Positions 27,881 to 40,382 are shown, counted from the first letter of the whole stretch. The stretch is DNA of 63,848 nucleotides, filler included, from Octopus bimaculoides (GCF_001194135.2; 3 parts of 3 records of this genome joined end to end with filler, not necessarily neighbours in it), one strand, 5' to 3'. Notes: generated by a model from the letters alone, not told the origin. Numbers and translations: made by a program.

Positions 27881-28200
27881 GGGCATATGGCGTAGTGGTT
27901 AAGAGCGCGGGTTACTAATCCCAATATTCCGAGTTCGATTCCAAGCAGTGACCTGAACAACAACAACAATATTAATAATAATAATAATAATGATAATAAT
28001 AATAATAATAATAATACTAATACTAATAATAATAATTATAACAACAACAACAAAAACATCAAATAACACCTTAGGAATGAGAACCCAGCTTCGAAATTTT
28101 CCCAAGACACCTGAAGAAGGCTGGAGGGTACATCAGCCGAAACCTTGTGTTAACAACAAAGATGAGGACAAATATCGAATGTAAATAATGTAAATAATAT
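27881..28200 (+). mobile_element. Composite element: tRNA-derived head, (AAT/AAC)n spacer, Penelope-type terminal repeat with hammerhead motif
   Basis: A box TGGCGTAGTGG and B box GAGTTCGATTCC at 27881-27955; microsatellite at 27956-28055; hammerhead-like fold at 28106-28151. Confidence 0.7.
28106..28151 (+). ncRNA. Minimal type I hammerhead ribozyme-like motif (probably mutated at stem III)
   Basis: Stem I GACAC/GTGTT, core CTGAAGA, extra A, stem II GGCTG/CAGCC, GAAA, then AC|CT-T where ACGT would give the palindromic stem III. Confidence 0.6.
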
Positions 28201-28379
28201 ACATAATTACTCATCTCTTAAATATTAAACATAGAACTGAATAATATTCTTGTTTAAATATAATAAATTTGTATGCTACAAAAATATAGAGTAATCCATC
28301 AGATCAATGTAAAATTGTCTTCATAACTGAATATAAAAACAAACATTAACACAGTGTAAGTACGCATGTACTATTGGTG

Positions 28380-28550
28380 ACTTCTTTCTTTTGTTGGACT
28401 TTTCGTTTTCCATTCTGACAAAGAGCTATGTTCGAAACGTCACAAACTATGTCTTTTTACCAGGTGTCAAACTAATATACACCATGTGCACGTCCTCTTG
28501 TCGATTGTCTTTATTTTTAGTGTTCGTTTATTCGATTTGACTACATATAT
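28380..28550 (+). mobile_element. Penelope-like terminal-repeat fragment with degenerate hammerhead, abutting (TA)n
   Basis: CTGACAA-A-GAGC-TAT-GTTC-GAAAC-GTC at 28415-28441, followed by a GTCAAACTAATA motif shared with 31470 and 37010. Confidence 0.55.
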
Positions 28551-28565
28551 ATGTATATATGTATG

Positions 28566-28629
<64 letters not shown>

Positions 28630-28637
<8 letters not shown>

Positions 28638-28780
28638 AAATCTCTGAATGAGGTATTAACAGTAACTGCACGATAAAGTGAAGTATATTTGCCACTTAAA
28701 TGTGGCTGACCCCGAGGGGTGGATGTTACTGTTGCTTTTAGCCCCAGGAGGACATCTCCTCCAGCTGGCTATCGACACAA
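28630..28780. repeat. Unclassified interspersed repeat next to (TA)n, also at 7100-7226 and 7430-7510
   Basis: Shared gtattaacagtaactgcacgataaagtg...gtggctgacccc..ggggtggatgttactgttgctttt...gctggctatcgacac. Confidence 0.8.
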
Positions 28781-29659
28781 ATATATATTCTAAGGTGAGC
28801 ACAAGTGTGTACGTACGCCGTTATATGTATATATAAATATAAAAATGGGACAAAAACGCAGTAGAGGACAATAAAACATTCGGACAGATAGGCGATATAA
28901 AGGCGGACAGGAAAAACAACTATTAGAAGGACAGGTTATTCGTGGCCTTCTTTACCAGATGTCCTTACAGCTTCGGGCAGTTACACTTAAAACTGTTCAA
29001 TGTGGATGCCTCCACAAAACGTCTAAGCTAAGAGCATTAAATTTTTTTGTAAGAAAGAACCGAATGTGTACGGCAACAAAGACTAAAACAGGAGCACATG
29101 GTACACAATTACAAATACAAACAACAAGAATATAACAACAGATGTCTTTCGATGGACGATTAATCAAATTGAACTGGTGTGTATGAAGTGGAAGTCTAAA
29201 TGCAAGAATAAAGGAGCTGGGCAGTTGATGCAAACAGGAAAAATAGGGCTGAGAATATGAGTATATGTATAGCTTTATTAATGTTTAGCAGAAGTAACAG
29301 ACTGACTTACCAAACTAGTAACTGGTCGAGGCCTTCGACCTGCGACTAGTTTGATAAATGCAAACGCTAGAAAATGTCGGATACTGAGTTACTCTATCAC
29401 TTCTGCTACATATTAATAATATATATATATAACTGTGTATAGTTATCTGTGTATGATAGTGTATATGTGTGTGCACGTACGAGTACGTGTAGTGTTTTTT
29501 TTTGTTTAACTTATAAAATCACATCGGAGCACAGGCGTTTGAGGGATGTCCAACACTAGGAATATAATACGTCATCAGTGACCAAAGAACGCATGATCTG
29601 CCGCTGTCTGTCATTCTTTCTCTCTCCAAATTCTCAGAGTCTCAGGATAGACATACATA

Positions 29660-29690
<31 letters not shown>

Positions 29691-29789
29691 GAGTGGAAAT
29701 CGAACCGGTGAGTGTGTTAATTAATGAGGCATTAAAACAGAATGACTCTCCCCAGACACAATAAAATATGTATGTATGTATGTACGTAC

Positions 29790-29829
<40 letters not shown>

Positions 29830-29852
29830 GTAAATTTATGTGTGTTTGTGAG

Positions 29853-29886
<34 letters not shown>

Positions 29887-30080
29887 TATATTTATATCTA
29901 TATATATGTATACGGGTAACCACATAAGTAAAACCAAAGTACAAAAAATTGTTTGTCGAATGCCAATTGTAGAGTCTATGTATGTATATTTGTATGTATG
30001 TATGTATGTATGTATGTATGTATGTATGTATGTATGTATCTATCAATCTATCTATCTATCTATCTATCTANNNNNNNNNN

Positions 30081-30116
<36 letters not shown>

Positions 30117-30117
30117 G

Positions 30118-30160
<43 letters not shown>

Positions 30161-30629
30161 ATCTATCTATCAATCTACACACACACACATGTATGCATGT
30201 ACGTATGTATGTATATATATATGTGTACGTGTGTTTGTGCGCGCGCGAGCGTTTGTGTGTATAAGAACACACATAAATGTGTATATGCTCACATATATAG
30301 AAATATGCATGTATAAACGCAGACACATGCATGTGTACACGCTCATTTGTTCAGACATGAGTATATAGTTATAAACAACATAAATGTTCTCATGGTCTAA
30401 AGCAGCATCTAAACTATTGATAAATTTTGTAGATAGAGACTTATTATAAACGCAGACTTACTATAGCCGAATGGTTAAGAATTTCGTGATGTTATGACGA
30501 ACAACGGAGTTCGATCCCACTGCGGCAGTGCACCAACAAGGCCACAGCTGCTGCCTGAAACGGATGATTGAATAGAGTAAGACAATATACGTAACTACAG
30601 AATTGATACATGTGCATATATATACATAC

Positions 30630-30666
<37 letters not shown>

Positions 30667-30975
30667 CATACACACACACGCACATATATAATACCTAAAT
30701 ACACACACACATATATATATATAATCATACATACATTCCTGGTGAACTCGTATACATGTGTATACATATGTATGGGTATATAAATAGATGTGTGTGTGTG
30801 TATATATATATATATCCATATATATATATATGTATGTGTGTGTGTATATATGTCTGTATACATAGATATATACGTGTATATATATAACATCAAATTTCAT
30901 CCCCAGTGTATGCATGTATACATATACATACATACATACATACATAAATATATGTATATATATGTATATATATGT

Positions 30976-31048
<73 letters not shown>

Positions 31049-31464
31049 AACACACAGACAAATATATAAAAGATCAAAGTTCATTCCCGAGCCATATGCT
31101 GATAAAGCCAGTTTTCCGATTTCCGTGCAGTATAAATTCCTCACCTTTCTGAGACGCCAGTCCGTCGGAGGATTACTCATATTTGCCAGCTGAATGGAAT
31201 GGAGAGACTTGAAATGAACTGTTCTGCTCAAACACTGACCACATCGCTCGGTCTTGGAATCAAATCCACAATCTTACGATCATGAGTGTAACACTCCTAA
31301 CCATTAAGCCATGCTCCTCTAACAAACATCATATACATACATACATACATACATACATACATGCATATACATATGTATGCATGTATGTATGTATGTATGT
31401 ATGTATGCATGTATGTATGTATGTATGTATGTATGTATGTATGTATGTACGTATGTATGTATGT

Positions 31465-31575
31465 ATGTAGGCTCGAAACGTAAAAGACTTTCTCACCTTC
31501 CCAAGCGTCAAACTAATACACGTGCGTGTTCTTTATACACCTGCCTTTGTCATTTGTTTTCCTGTAAATTCCAAC
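31465..31575 (+). mobile_element. Penelope-like terminal-repeat fragment (3' half of hammerhead) fused to (ATGT)n
   Basis: GCTC-GAAAC-GTA-AAAG followed by gactttctc...gcgtcaaactaataca, homologous to 37030-37100. Confidence 0.55.
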
Positions 31576-31584
31576 TATGTATAT

Positions 31585-31618
<34 letters not shown>

Positions 31619-31619
31619 G

Positions 31620-31653
<34 letters not shown>

Positions 31654-31849
31654 AATTAAAAAAAAAAAAATATATATATAATATGTATGTGTACTGACTT
31701 TTCTCATTGTTGATGCCATTCCATATATAGGCACAGATGTAATTCTTTCNNNNNNNNNNNNNNNNNNNNNNNNNNNNNNNNNNNNNNNNNNNNTTAATTA
31801 ATTAANNNNNNNNNNNNNNNNNNNNNNNNNNNNNNNNNNNNNNNNNNNN

Positions 31850-31921
<72 letters not shown>

Positions 31922-33483
31922 TATATATACATATATATATATATACCAGAGTAAGCACGTAAATGTGAAACAAGGTGCGATAAAATAGTACTCAAATACC
32001 TTTCTTGTTCCTTCCTCACACCACTTCTTTCCTTCCTCCCACCACTTCTTATTCTGATTCTTTTTCAAAGTTGTGCTTTTAGAATATATGCACAGAGAAG
32101 TGTGATATGTGTGTGTATATACATATATATATATGTATGTATGTATGTATGTAGATACCTATATATATACATATTAGTATGTATATATTCACATCTATAT
32201 TTTGCCTGTATATATTTGTATATATGTATGTTTGCCTGTATCAACACTTGTATATTTAGTGTATATATGTATGTATACGGTTTTAGTGTATGTTTAAGTG
32301 AATGTTTGTTATGCGTGTGTATGTGTGTTTAAATTTTTATGCTGTTAGATCTCTGTAAGTGAATATTTTATCGTTATAACCAGACTTATATTTTATTTTA
32401 ATTAAAGTTTTTTTACCATTAATCAATTTATTCTGGGTATATATGTTTTCTTTTTGCTTCTAAGTTAATTTTGGTTTAAGGTTTTCTTCGATTTTATATG
32501 ATATGATTTTAAAATCTTTTGATTTTAATTTTATGTATATCACTGTTTATTAAAAATAGCTATTAGTTGAAAAGACCAATGAAACGAAACCAATTTCAAA
32601 TGTGTATCTGTCAATGTAAATTGTATATTTAAAAATATAACCTTGATTTTTTGTTCCATTCTCAGTCTAAAGAGTACAACGAACGAGAACGTGAAACTCT
32701 GAGTAGCAGTTTTTTGTGATATTTTTGCAGCTTTAATAATAAAATATGTGTATGTATATATATATCATCATCATCATCATCGTTTAATGTCCACTTTCCA
32801 TGCTAGCATGAGTTGGACANNNNNNNNNNNNNNNNNNNNNNNNNNNNNNNNNNNNNNNNNNNNNNNNNNNNNNNNNNNNNNNNNNNNNNNNNNNNNNNNN
32901 NNNNNNNNNNNNNNNNNNNNNNNNNNNNNNNNNNNNNNNNNNNNNNNNNNNNNNNNNNNNNNNNNNNNNNNNNNNNNNNNNNNNNNNNNNNNNNNNNNNN
33001 NNNNNNNNNNNNNNNNNNNNNNNNNNNNNNNNNNNNNNNNNNNNNNNNNNNNNNNNNNNNNNNNNNNNNNNNNNNNNNNNNNNNNNNNNNNNNNNNNNNN
33101 NNNNNNNNNNNNNNNNNNNNNNNNNNNNNNNNNNNNNNNNNNNNNNNNNNNNNNNNNNNNNNNNNNNNNNNNNNNNNNNNNNNNNNNNNNNNNNNNNNNN
33201 NNNNNNNNNNNNNNNNNNNNNNNNNNNNNNNNNNNNNNNNNNNNNNNNNNNNNNNNNNNNNNNNNNNNNNNNNNNNNNNNNNNNNNNNNNNNNNNNNNNN
33301 NNNNNNNNNNNNNNNNNNNNNNNNNNNNNNNNNNNNNNNNNNNNNNNNNNNNNNNNNNNNNNNNNNNNNNNNNNNNNNNNNNNNNNNNNNNNNNNNNNNN
33401 NNNNNNNNNNNNNNNNNNNNNNNNNNNNNNNNNNNNNNNNNNNATATATATATATATATATATATACGTATGCATGTATACAT

Positions 33484-33720
33484 ATCATCATCATCATCAT
33501 CGTTTAATGTCCACTTTCCATGCTAGCATGAGTTGGACAGTTTGACTGAAGATTGGCGAATCAGGTGGTACTGGCAACAGCCACGCTCAAATGGTATTTT
33601 TTATGTGCCACCTGCACTGGAGCCAGTCCAGCGGCACTGGCAACGACCTCGCTCGAATATTTTTTCACGTGCCAGTAAGGTGACGCTGGTATGCCAGTAA
33701 GGCGATCCCATCAAACAATC
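33484..33720 (-). mobile_element. SINE family C
   Basis: catcatcatcgtttaatgtccactttccatgctagcatg... shared family tail. Confidence 0.75.
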
Positions 33721-35087
33721 CTACTCACAAGGCATTGGTTAACCTGGAATTATAGGAAAACCCACTTGTCCAAGATGGCAGGAGGTGAGTATGAACTGAA
33801 AACAACATGGTTTGAGGCGACTGTCTTAACAACGCACATCTGTATCAAGTGCTTTCTCCTGAAATTGATATTTTTATAATCAGATGTCAAGTACCTTAAC
33901 CACACAGCTATCCCATCGCAAAATAAATATAAACCATTAAACAAAAAGGGGGTAAAAAAAAAAAACCTAATTCAGACAGGGTGTGATGGAAGCGGGGACA
34001 ATTTGCAAAGTAAATGAGGAGAAGCTAATTGAACAGAGCATCTATTTTTGATAACAGCCATGCAGAATGACAGCAAGTTAACATTTTTTTGAGAACATCA
34101 TGGCTTTTCTTTTTAAGCAAACTACACAAAGATGCAATAAGTTCAGAATACTATTAACACTGTCAAGTGCAGAAATGCTGCAAGTGCCAATATTGTAACT
34201 TAATATAATAGCAGTTTATTTATTTATTTATTATGATTATTATTATTATTATTTTAATTATTTTTTTCTCTTCTTTTTAGTTGTTCTTCATTAATCATAT
34301 TGTCAAAGTGATAAAGGAATGAAAAAAGGGTAAAAAAAAGAAAAAAAAACATAGAAAGCACAGATTAAACGAGACTGAATTATTGAACTGAGGGAGAGAG
34401 TTGCTTTCATTAAATTGGGGTTTTTGCTGTAGATAAAGGTTCCGCTTTGATTATTGACAAAACAAGCAAAAAAAAAAGTGGGGTTAGAAAGGAAAGGTGC
34501 TTGGTGTATAATTAATCAAACTGTTTTATCAAATAGCCATCAGAATAAGCGTGGAATCTGCTAAATAACCGACGATAACATTTATCATTCATGCGAATGA
34601 ATTTCATTGCACAATTCTTCAAGGAATGAAGTAAAGAATTCATACAAACTTCTATTGCTGAAGTAACAAGAGAAGTCAATCACTGCCACAGCTCAGACAG
34701 CAGAACTCCCGACACCCATATTTCAGTTGATTCCTATATAAATTCAACTAATGGTACACTGGTAGGGTAGTGAAGCAGTGATTCAGTGATAGAGAAAGGA
34801 TTAGACTGGACCACAGTAGACAACGTCTAAATGGGAGAATTAGGGTGGTGAGCTAACAGAATTATTAGTGAGTCAGACAGAATGCTTACTGGCATTTGTT
34901 CTGGGTTTTTAAGTTAAAGGAAGCAGATAAAGTGACCAAGAGTGGCTGTGTGGTAAGTAGCTTGCTAACCAACCACATGGTTCCGAGTTCAAGTCCTACT
35001 ACGTTGCACCTTGGGCATGTGTCTTCTAATATAGCCTCAAGCCAACCAAAGNNNNNNNNNNAGTTAAAGGAAGCAGATAAAGTGACC

Positions 35088-35462
35088 AAGAGTGGCTGTG
35101 TGGTAAGTAGCTTGCTAACCAACCACATGGTTCCGGGTTCAGTCCCACTGTGTGGCACCTTGGGCAAGTGTCTTCTACTATAGCCTCGGGCCGACCAAAG
35201 CTTTGTGAGTGGATTTGGTAGACAGAAACTGAAAGAAGCCTGTCGTACATATGTATATGTATATATATGTGTTTGTCCCCCCATCATCGCTTGACAACCG
35301 ATGCTGGTATGTTTACGTCCCCGTAACTTAGCGGTTCGGCAAAAAGAGACCGATAGAATAAGTACTAGGCTTACAAAGAATAAGTCCTGCGGTCGATTTT
35401 CTCGACTAAAGGCGGTGCTCCAGCATGGCCGCAGTCAAAATGACTGAAACAAGTAAAAGAGT
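35088..35462 (+). mobile_element. SINE family A, full length, young
   Basis: Near-identical to 48300-48713 and 58593-59032. Confidence 0.9.
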
Positions 35463-36099
35463 ATCAGCTTAATGCTAGAGCAATCCTCTCTTTCTGCAAT
35501 GGTCAATTCCTAGATTAATCCACTGGGTCCAGAGTGGCAAAGTCCAAAAATGTGTTTATGTCAGCTTGTGACTACATAGGTACCGAAAACAACAAGCAAA
35601 AGCATGATACTAATCATATAAAGTCATACTTGCTTGCAGGCAATGATCACGCATGCACAGTTCTAAGTTAAAACCTGTTTCCTTCTCGTGGTTAATGCAA
35701 TAAACACCTTTGTAATAACGGTTCTGCAGCTAATCAGCAACTGCACAAATAGTGTGTTTCTAGTTTAGCACCAACAGTTCACATGTTTGATAGTCTAACA
35801 CCTCAGGTTAAATGTCTGCAGAAATGGAAAGCAGACAGGAATCATGTAAGAAACAGACTGAAGCTGCATTTCTCGCAGTCGTTGCTGTTGTTGTTGTTCT
35901 AATAATAATGATAATAATAATAATAATAATAATAATGACAATAATAATAATAATAAAATGCCTGGATGCAGTACCATGCATTGGCTCTCATGGCTTCTGA
36001 TCTTAACTGATTGGAAGTGCTATCATGTACATTATTTTGTCTTGGTAGAAAATATGGGCTACAGCAAATATTCTGCTTAATACCACAGATTTTCTAACC

Positions 36100-36310
36100 A
36101 GCCCTTAAGAGATAGCTTCATTTCAGCCCATTTTTGCTTGAGACTAGCAACCCTGTACATTACCTCTGTTTGTAGTACTTCTGTACCTGGAGGTTGAGAC
36201 CAAACCAAACCCTGAGCAATTTAATTACTCTGTCCATCCAGTGCACCATGAGACTATTGGGTAGCATAGACCTGCCTCTTCTTGTGCCAAACTGCAGACC
36301 CACCAACTTT
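36100..36310 (-). mobile_element. Tx1/L1-like LINE fragment
   Basis: IKLLRVWFGLNLQ...W.EMKLSLKG resembles the L1/Tx1 post-RT motif (ILGVWFG...W..R.LSL.G). Confidence 0.5.
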
Positions 36311-36837
36311 TCCTAGTTAATTTTTGCACATGTCCCCACGTCATAGTTCTTCAGAGAACAGCCAATCACCTCGATGTGGTTGGTGTGTCCAACACTACAA
36401 CAGTAACATTGTCCACATGTACAAACATGGATCTTCCAAAATCCTAATTCTTGTGATATGTCCCTGGAAACTTACAACTTCCTGCAGTAGTGGCTCTAGA
36501 AATGATGACGACGATGACGATAACAACAACGACGATTATGGTGATGACGATGATAATGACAATGATGATGATGAATAACTGGCATTACTCATGAAAATTC
36601 CATACTTATTTTGAAAATTGCAACCTGGAATTTGCTTATTTTTCTGAAGCATGATTCTTGAGATGGTACACAAGTGCACATTGGTGGTTCTGAAGGTGCA
36701 CTGACAAGAAATAACATCTCTGGAAACCATAATCTTACGTCTTCTAGTTCAAGAGTTGTTATCTATTATTCTTCACTTCATATCAAGAAGTAACCAATCG
36801 TAACTAAGGAACAAAATCTAAGACATCTATGATATTA

Positions 36838-37372
36838 TTCTGTGGTAAGTAGCTTGCTTACGAGCCACATGGTTCTGGGTTCAGTCCCACTGCGTGGCAC
36901 CTTGGGGAGATGTCTTCTACTATAGCCTCAGGCCGACCAAAGCCTTGTGAGTGGATTTGGTAGACGGAAACTGAAAGAAGCCTGTTATCTCCTTATTTCT
37001 TTCTGTGTTCCTTTCAGTTGAAGAGCGTAGCTCGAAACATCAAAGACTTTCTCTATTCCCGAGCGTTAAACTAATACATCCATTTGTTGTTTACACCACC
37101 TGTCTTCGTCTGTTGTTTTATTCGTAAATTCTCCCATATATGTATGTGTGTATGTGTGTGTATGTGTGTCTGTGTTTGTCCCCCCAACATCGCTTGACAA
37201 CCGATGCTGGTTTGTTTGCGTCCCCGTAACTTAGCGGTTCGGCAAAAAGAGACCGATAGAATAAGTACAAGGCTTACAAAGAATAAGTCCTGGGGTCGAT
37301 TTGCTCGACTGAAGGCGGTACTCCAGCATGGCCACAGTCAAATGAGTGAAACAAGTAAAAGAGTAAAAGAGA
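36838..37372 (+). mobile_element. SINE family A interrupted by a Penelope-like fragment (about 36986-37138)
   Basis: The head ends at aagaagcctgt, a foreign block follows, and the SINE resumes at tatatgtatgtgtg. Confidence 0.8.
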
Positions 37373-37822
37373 GAGTAAATCTTAATATGGCTGTTTGAAA
37401 AAAAAAAAAAATGTACCTTAAACATTATCATTCATTCTCTTGTTGGCTAACATTGTCTATCATTGGTCCACATCTTATAAACAAATGTGTTTCAATTGAG
37501 CAGATGATAATTAATTGCATTAACGAGCATGCATTAAGTGATAAAGCAATATTTAAAAAAAAAAAAAATTTTTTTTTAAAACATTAAAATAAAATTACAC
37601 TGTTCGTTGTCAAACCATCACTGCCACCACCATTAACTGATATCTCCACTAACTATCATCACCACCATCATCACCATCATCATCATCACCATCACCATCA
37701 TCACCATCATCACCATCACCATCATCATCACCACTACTACACTTATCAGTAGCAAGGTTCAATCCAAATTATTTACCAATCAAGAATATTTTCATCTCAT
37801 TTCATTTCATTTCAGTTCAACT

Positions 37823-37877
<55 letters not shown>

Positions 37878-38344
37878 CATCTAGCTATTTATTTATCCGT
37901 CTGTCTGTCTATCTTTTAATAAATCTATCTCTATATCTATAAACCAACCAACCTACCTACCTGCCTACCGATCGACCGACCCCGACCCATCTATCTGTTT
38001 ACTTATTTATCTTTCTGTCATATCTACTTTTGCTTCTGACAATGTATGTATATGTCTACTCTGACAAGAGAGAGATAAGCATTTAAACTGAACGCAAAAA
38101 AAAAAAAGCACTGGTGTAAAAGAGTAAAAGAGTACCATCCACAGTTATTTACTAACAAAGATTATTTCACTTTCATTTAACTATTTATTCATCTATCTGG
38201 TCATCCATCTTGTTGTCTTCTACAAAGATAGAAAGATAGATATGATGTTGCTACATTCTCTTCAATAAACACACACTCGCTCTTTATCTCCATCACTTTC
38301 CCAGCCCCCAACCCCCTCTCTCTGCCTACCATCCTATTTGGATC

Positions 38345-38660
38345 GAGAAGATAAAGAGTAAAGGACCCCTTCACTCATGGGTGACCATGGAGTGGCACCT
38401 GGAGAGTTACTCTCCGAGGCACAAGTGTGGGCGGGGTTGTTTTACGGTAGGCCAGCAGTCGCCCATGCATACTAGCGTCTCCCCTCTCCACGCCACCAGT
38501 GTTATCCAAGGGAAAGGCAAAGGGGCCGATACAGCTTGGCACCAGAGACATTGCAACTCATTTCTACAGCTGAGTGAACTGGAGCAACGTGAAATAAAGT
38601 GTTTTGCTCAAGAACACAACACACAGCCTGATCTGGGGATCGAACTCACTACCTCATGAT
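38345..38660 (-). mobile_element. SINE (family D-like head)
   Basis: Reverse complement gives gtagtgagttcgatcccc...tgtgttgtgttcttgagcaaaacac. Confidence 0.65.
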
Positions 38661-38732
38661 TGTGATAAAATAAAGTACTAGTTAACATTTGCCCCTTCTC
38701 CTCAAAATTGCTGGCCTTGAACTCAAATCAGA

Positions 38733-38806
38733 AATTATTATTATTATGATTATTATTATTATTATTATTATTATCATTATTATTATTATTATTGTTGTTA
38801 TTATTA

Positions 38807-38841
<35 letters not shown>

Positions 38842-39255
38842 TTATGTTTGACTTTGGTTTTGCATTTGTACAAGTTGGATCCAAGTCTCACCCAGAGACC
38901 TCAAGAGACAACAAGTTAGAAGTTCATGTAGGTGTTATTATTATTATTATTACTATTATTATTATTATTATTATCATTATTATTATTGTTATTATTATTA
39001 TTGTTATTATTATTATTGTTATTATTATTATTGTTATTATTATTATTGTTATTATTATTGCCTTTGCACAGCGTCTAACGTTGGAGTTGTACTACAGTGT
39101 CAGCTGTTCACTACCAGTGAACTAAGGTAACACCACTTATTTTCCGAGCACCTTCCGGAGTATTCGAGCGGTTCCAAGCAGTGCTGTTTTCTGCAAGTAC
39201 TCCACCCTCATTGCAGCCCCTATTTGTTCCATGTACTTCTCAAGTGCTCCAGTTC
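38733..39255 (-). mobile_element. Two tandem R4/Dong 3' ends, each followed by (AAT)n
   Basis: 39062-39255 encodes GALEKYMEQIGAAMRVEYLQKTALLGTARILRKVL-stop and runs into (AAT/AAC)n. 38843-38930 is a UTR-like block running into (AAT)n. Confidence 0.75.
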
Positions 39256-39261
39256 ATAACA

Positions 39262-39378
39262 GAGGAATTTAAGATTGGCTGCCTTTAGAAGCTTCTCTCC
39301 GCTGATGACCTTGTTCTTATTGCTGAATCACTACTAGAACTAGAGAACAAATTTAAAATATGGACACAAGCAAGGTCT
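39262..39378 (+). mobile_element. RTE-clade RT fragment
   Basis: EEFKIGCL*KLLSADDLVLIAESLLELENKFKIW, a degraded LLYADDLVLIAES motif. Confidence 0.7.
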
Positions 39379-39483
39379 GTAAAGTGGTTGGCATTAGGAA
39401 GGGCATCCAGCAATTAGAAACCATGACAGAACAGACATCTATGCCAGCATGGAAAACAGAAGTTAAATGATGAAACAATATTT

Positions 39484-39537
<54 letters not shown>

Positions 39538-39542
39538 GATGT

Positions 39543-39582
<40 letters not shown>

Positions 39583-40317
39583 TACTATCTCTTGGCACAA
39601 TATCCTATGGCATCTCTAGTCACAGAGAAATATTGCCTTACTTTGAAACAGATGAGAGTTGGCGACAGGAAGGGCATCCAGTCATAGAAAATCCACCTCA
39701 ACTAATTCTATCCAACCAATACAAGCAAGGAAAAGTGGACGCCAAAATGAGGACGATTTATATTCAATGATTCATGTTTTGTCACAAACAGTAAGCGAGT
39801 TTTGCATGAAAGACACACAGTATTCAGTAGACATAACATCCTTCAGGGCCAACATGAGGTTCACAGACTTAACAAATATGGCTATCTCGACAACCACAAG
39901 GTTTTGCAGCACACTGATGGAAAGGAGAGCAGTTTGAAATGATTTCCTTGCATTGGCAAATGACTGGAAGCAACTGGGAATATTGTAAAACTGATGTGTG
40001 TTCCATAACCTTACAATTCCGAGTTCAAGCCTGCAGCAGGGCTTTACTTTGGGTACTTTTTTTTTACATTTTTTCTTTGCTTTTTGTTGTTGTTTTTGCT
40101 TGTATTTTGTTGTTGTTTGCACTTGTTTTTTTGTTTTTTTTCCTATATCACTATTCCGAAGTGGGCTTCAAAAGGAATGGTTAAACAGGATTTCATAATC
40201 TAAAGTAGAAGCCACATGACTCACTCTGAAGAATCACTAGAAAATTATTAGACAAAAGAAACCTAGGAGGTGGGGAGGTGGTGGTAGAAGGACAAGGAAA
40301 AGCTACAAAACAATAAC

Positions 40318-40382
<65 letters not shown>

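Noticed and set aside
27881-27955. Possible tRNA gene
   Set aside because: The acceptor stem does not close, there is no proper variable arm or T-run terminator, and it is better explained as a SINE head.
31794-31805. TTAATTAATTAA flanked by Ns (also 62704-62715)
   Set aside because: It has stops in all six frames and sits inside gaps, so it is most likely an artificial scaffolding pad.
34911-35180. Direct duplications across short gaps (also 51061-51232 and 32746-33538)
   Set aside because: Near-identical sequence on both sides of a gap is typical of unmerged contig overlaps, not real tandem duplication.
36945-36965. SGFGR peptide in SINE A copies as possible SDR exon 2 (SGxGR)
   Set aside because: It is part of a multi-copy SINE consensus and has no further SDR similarity.
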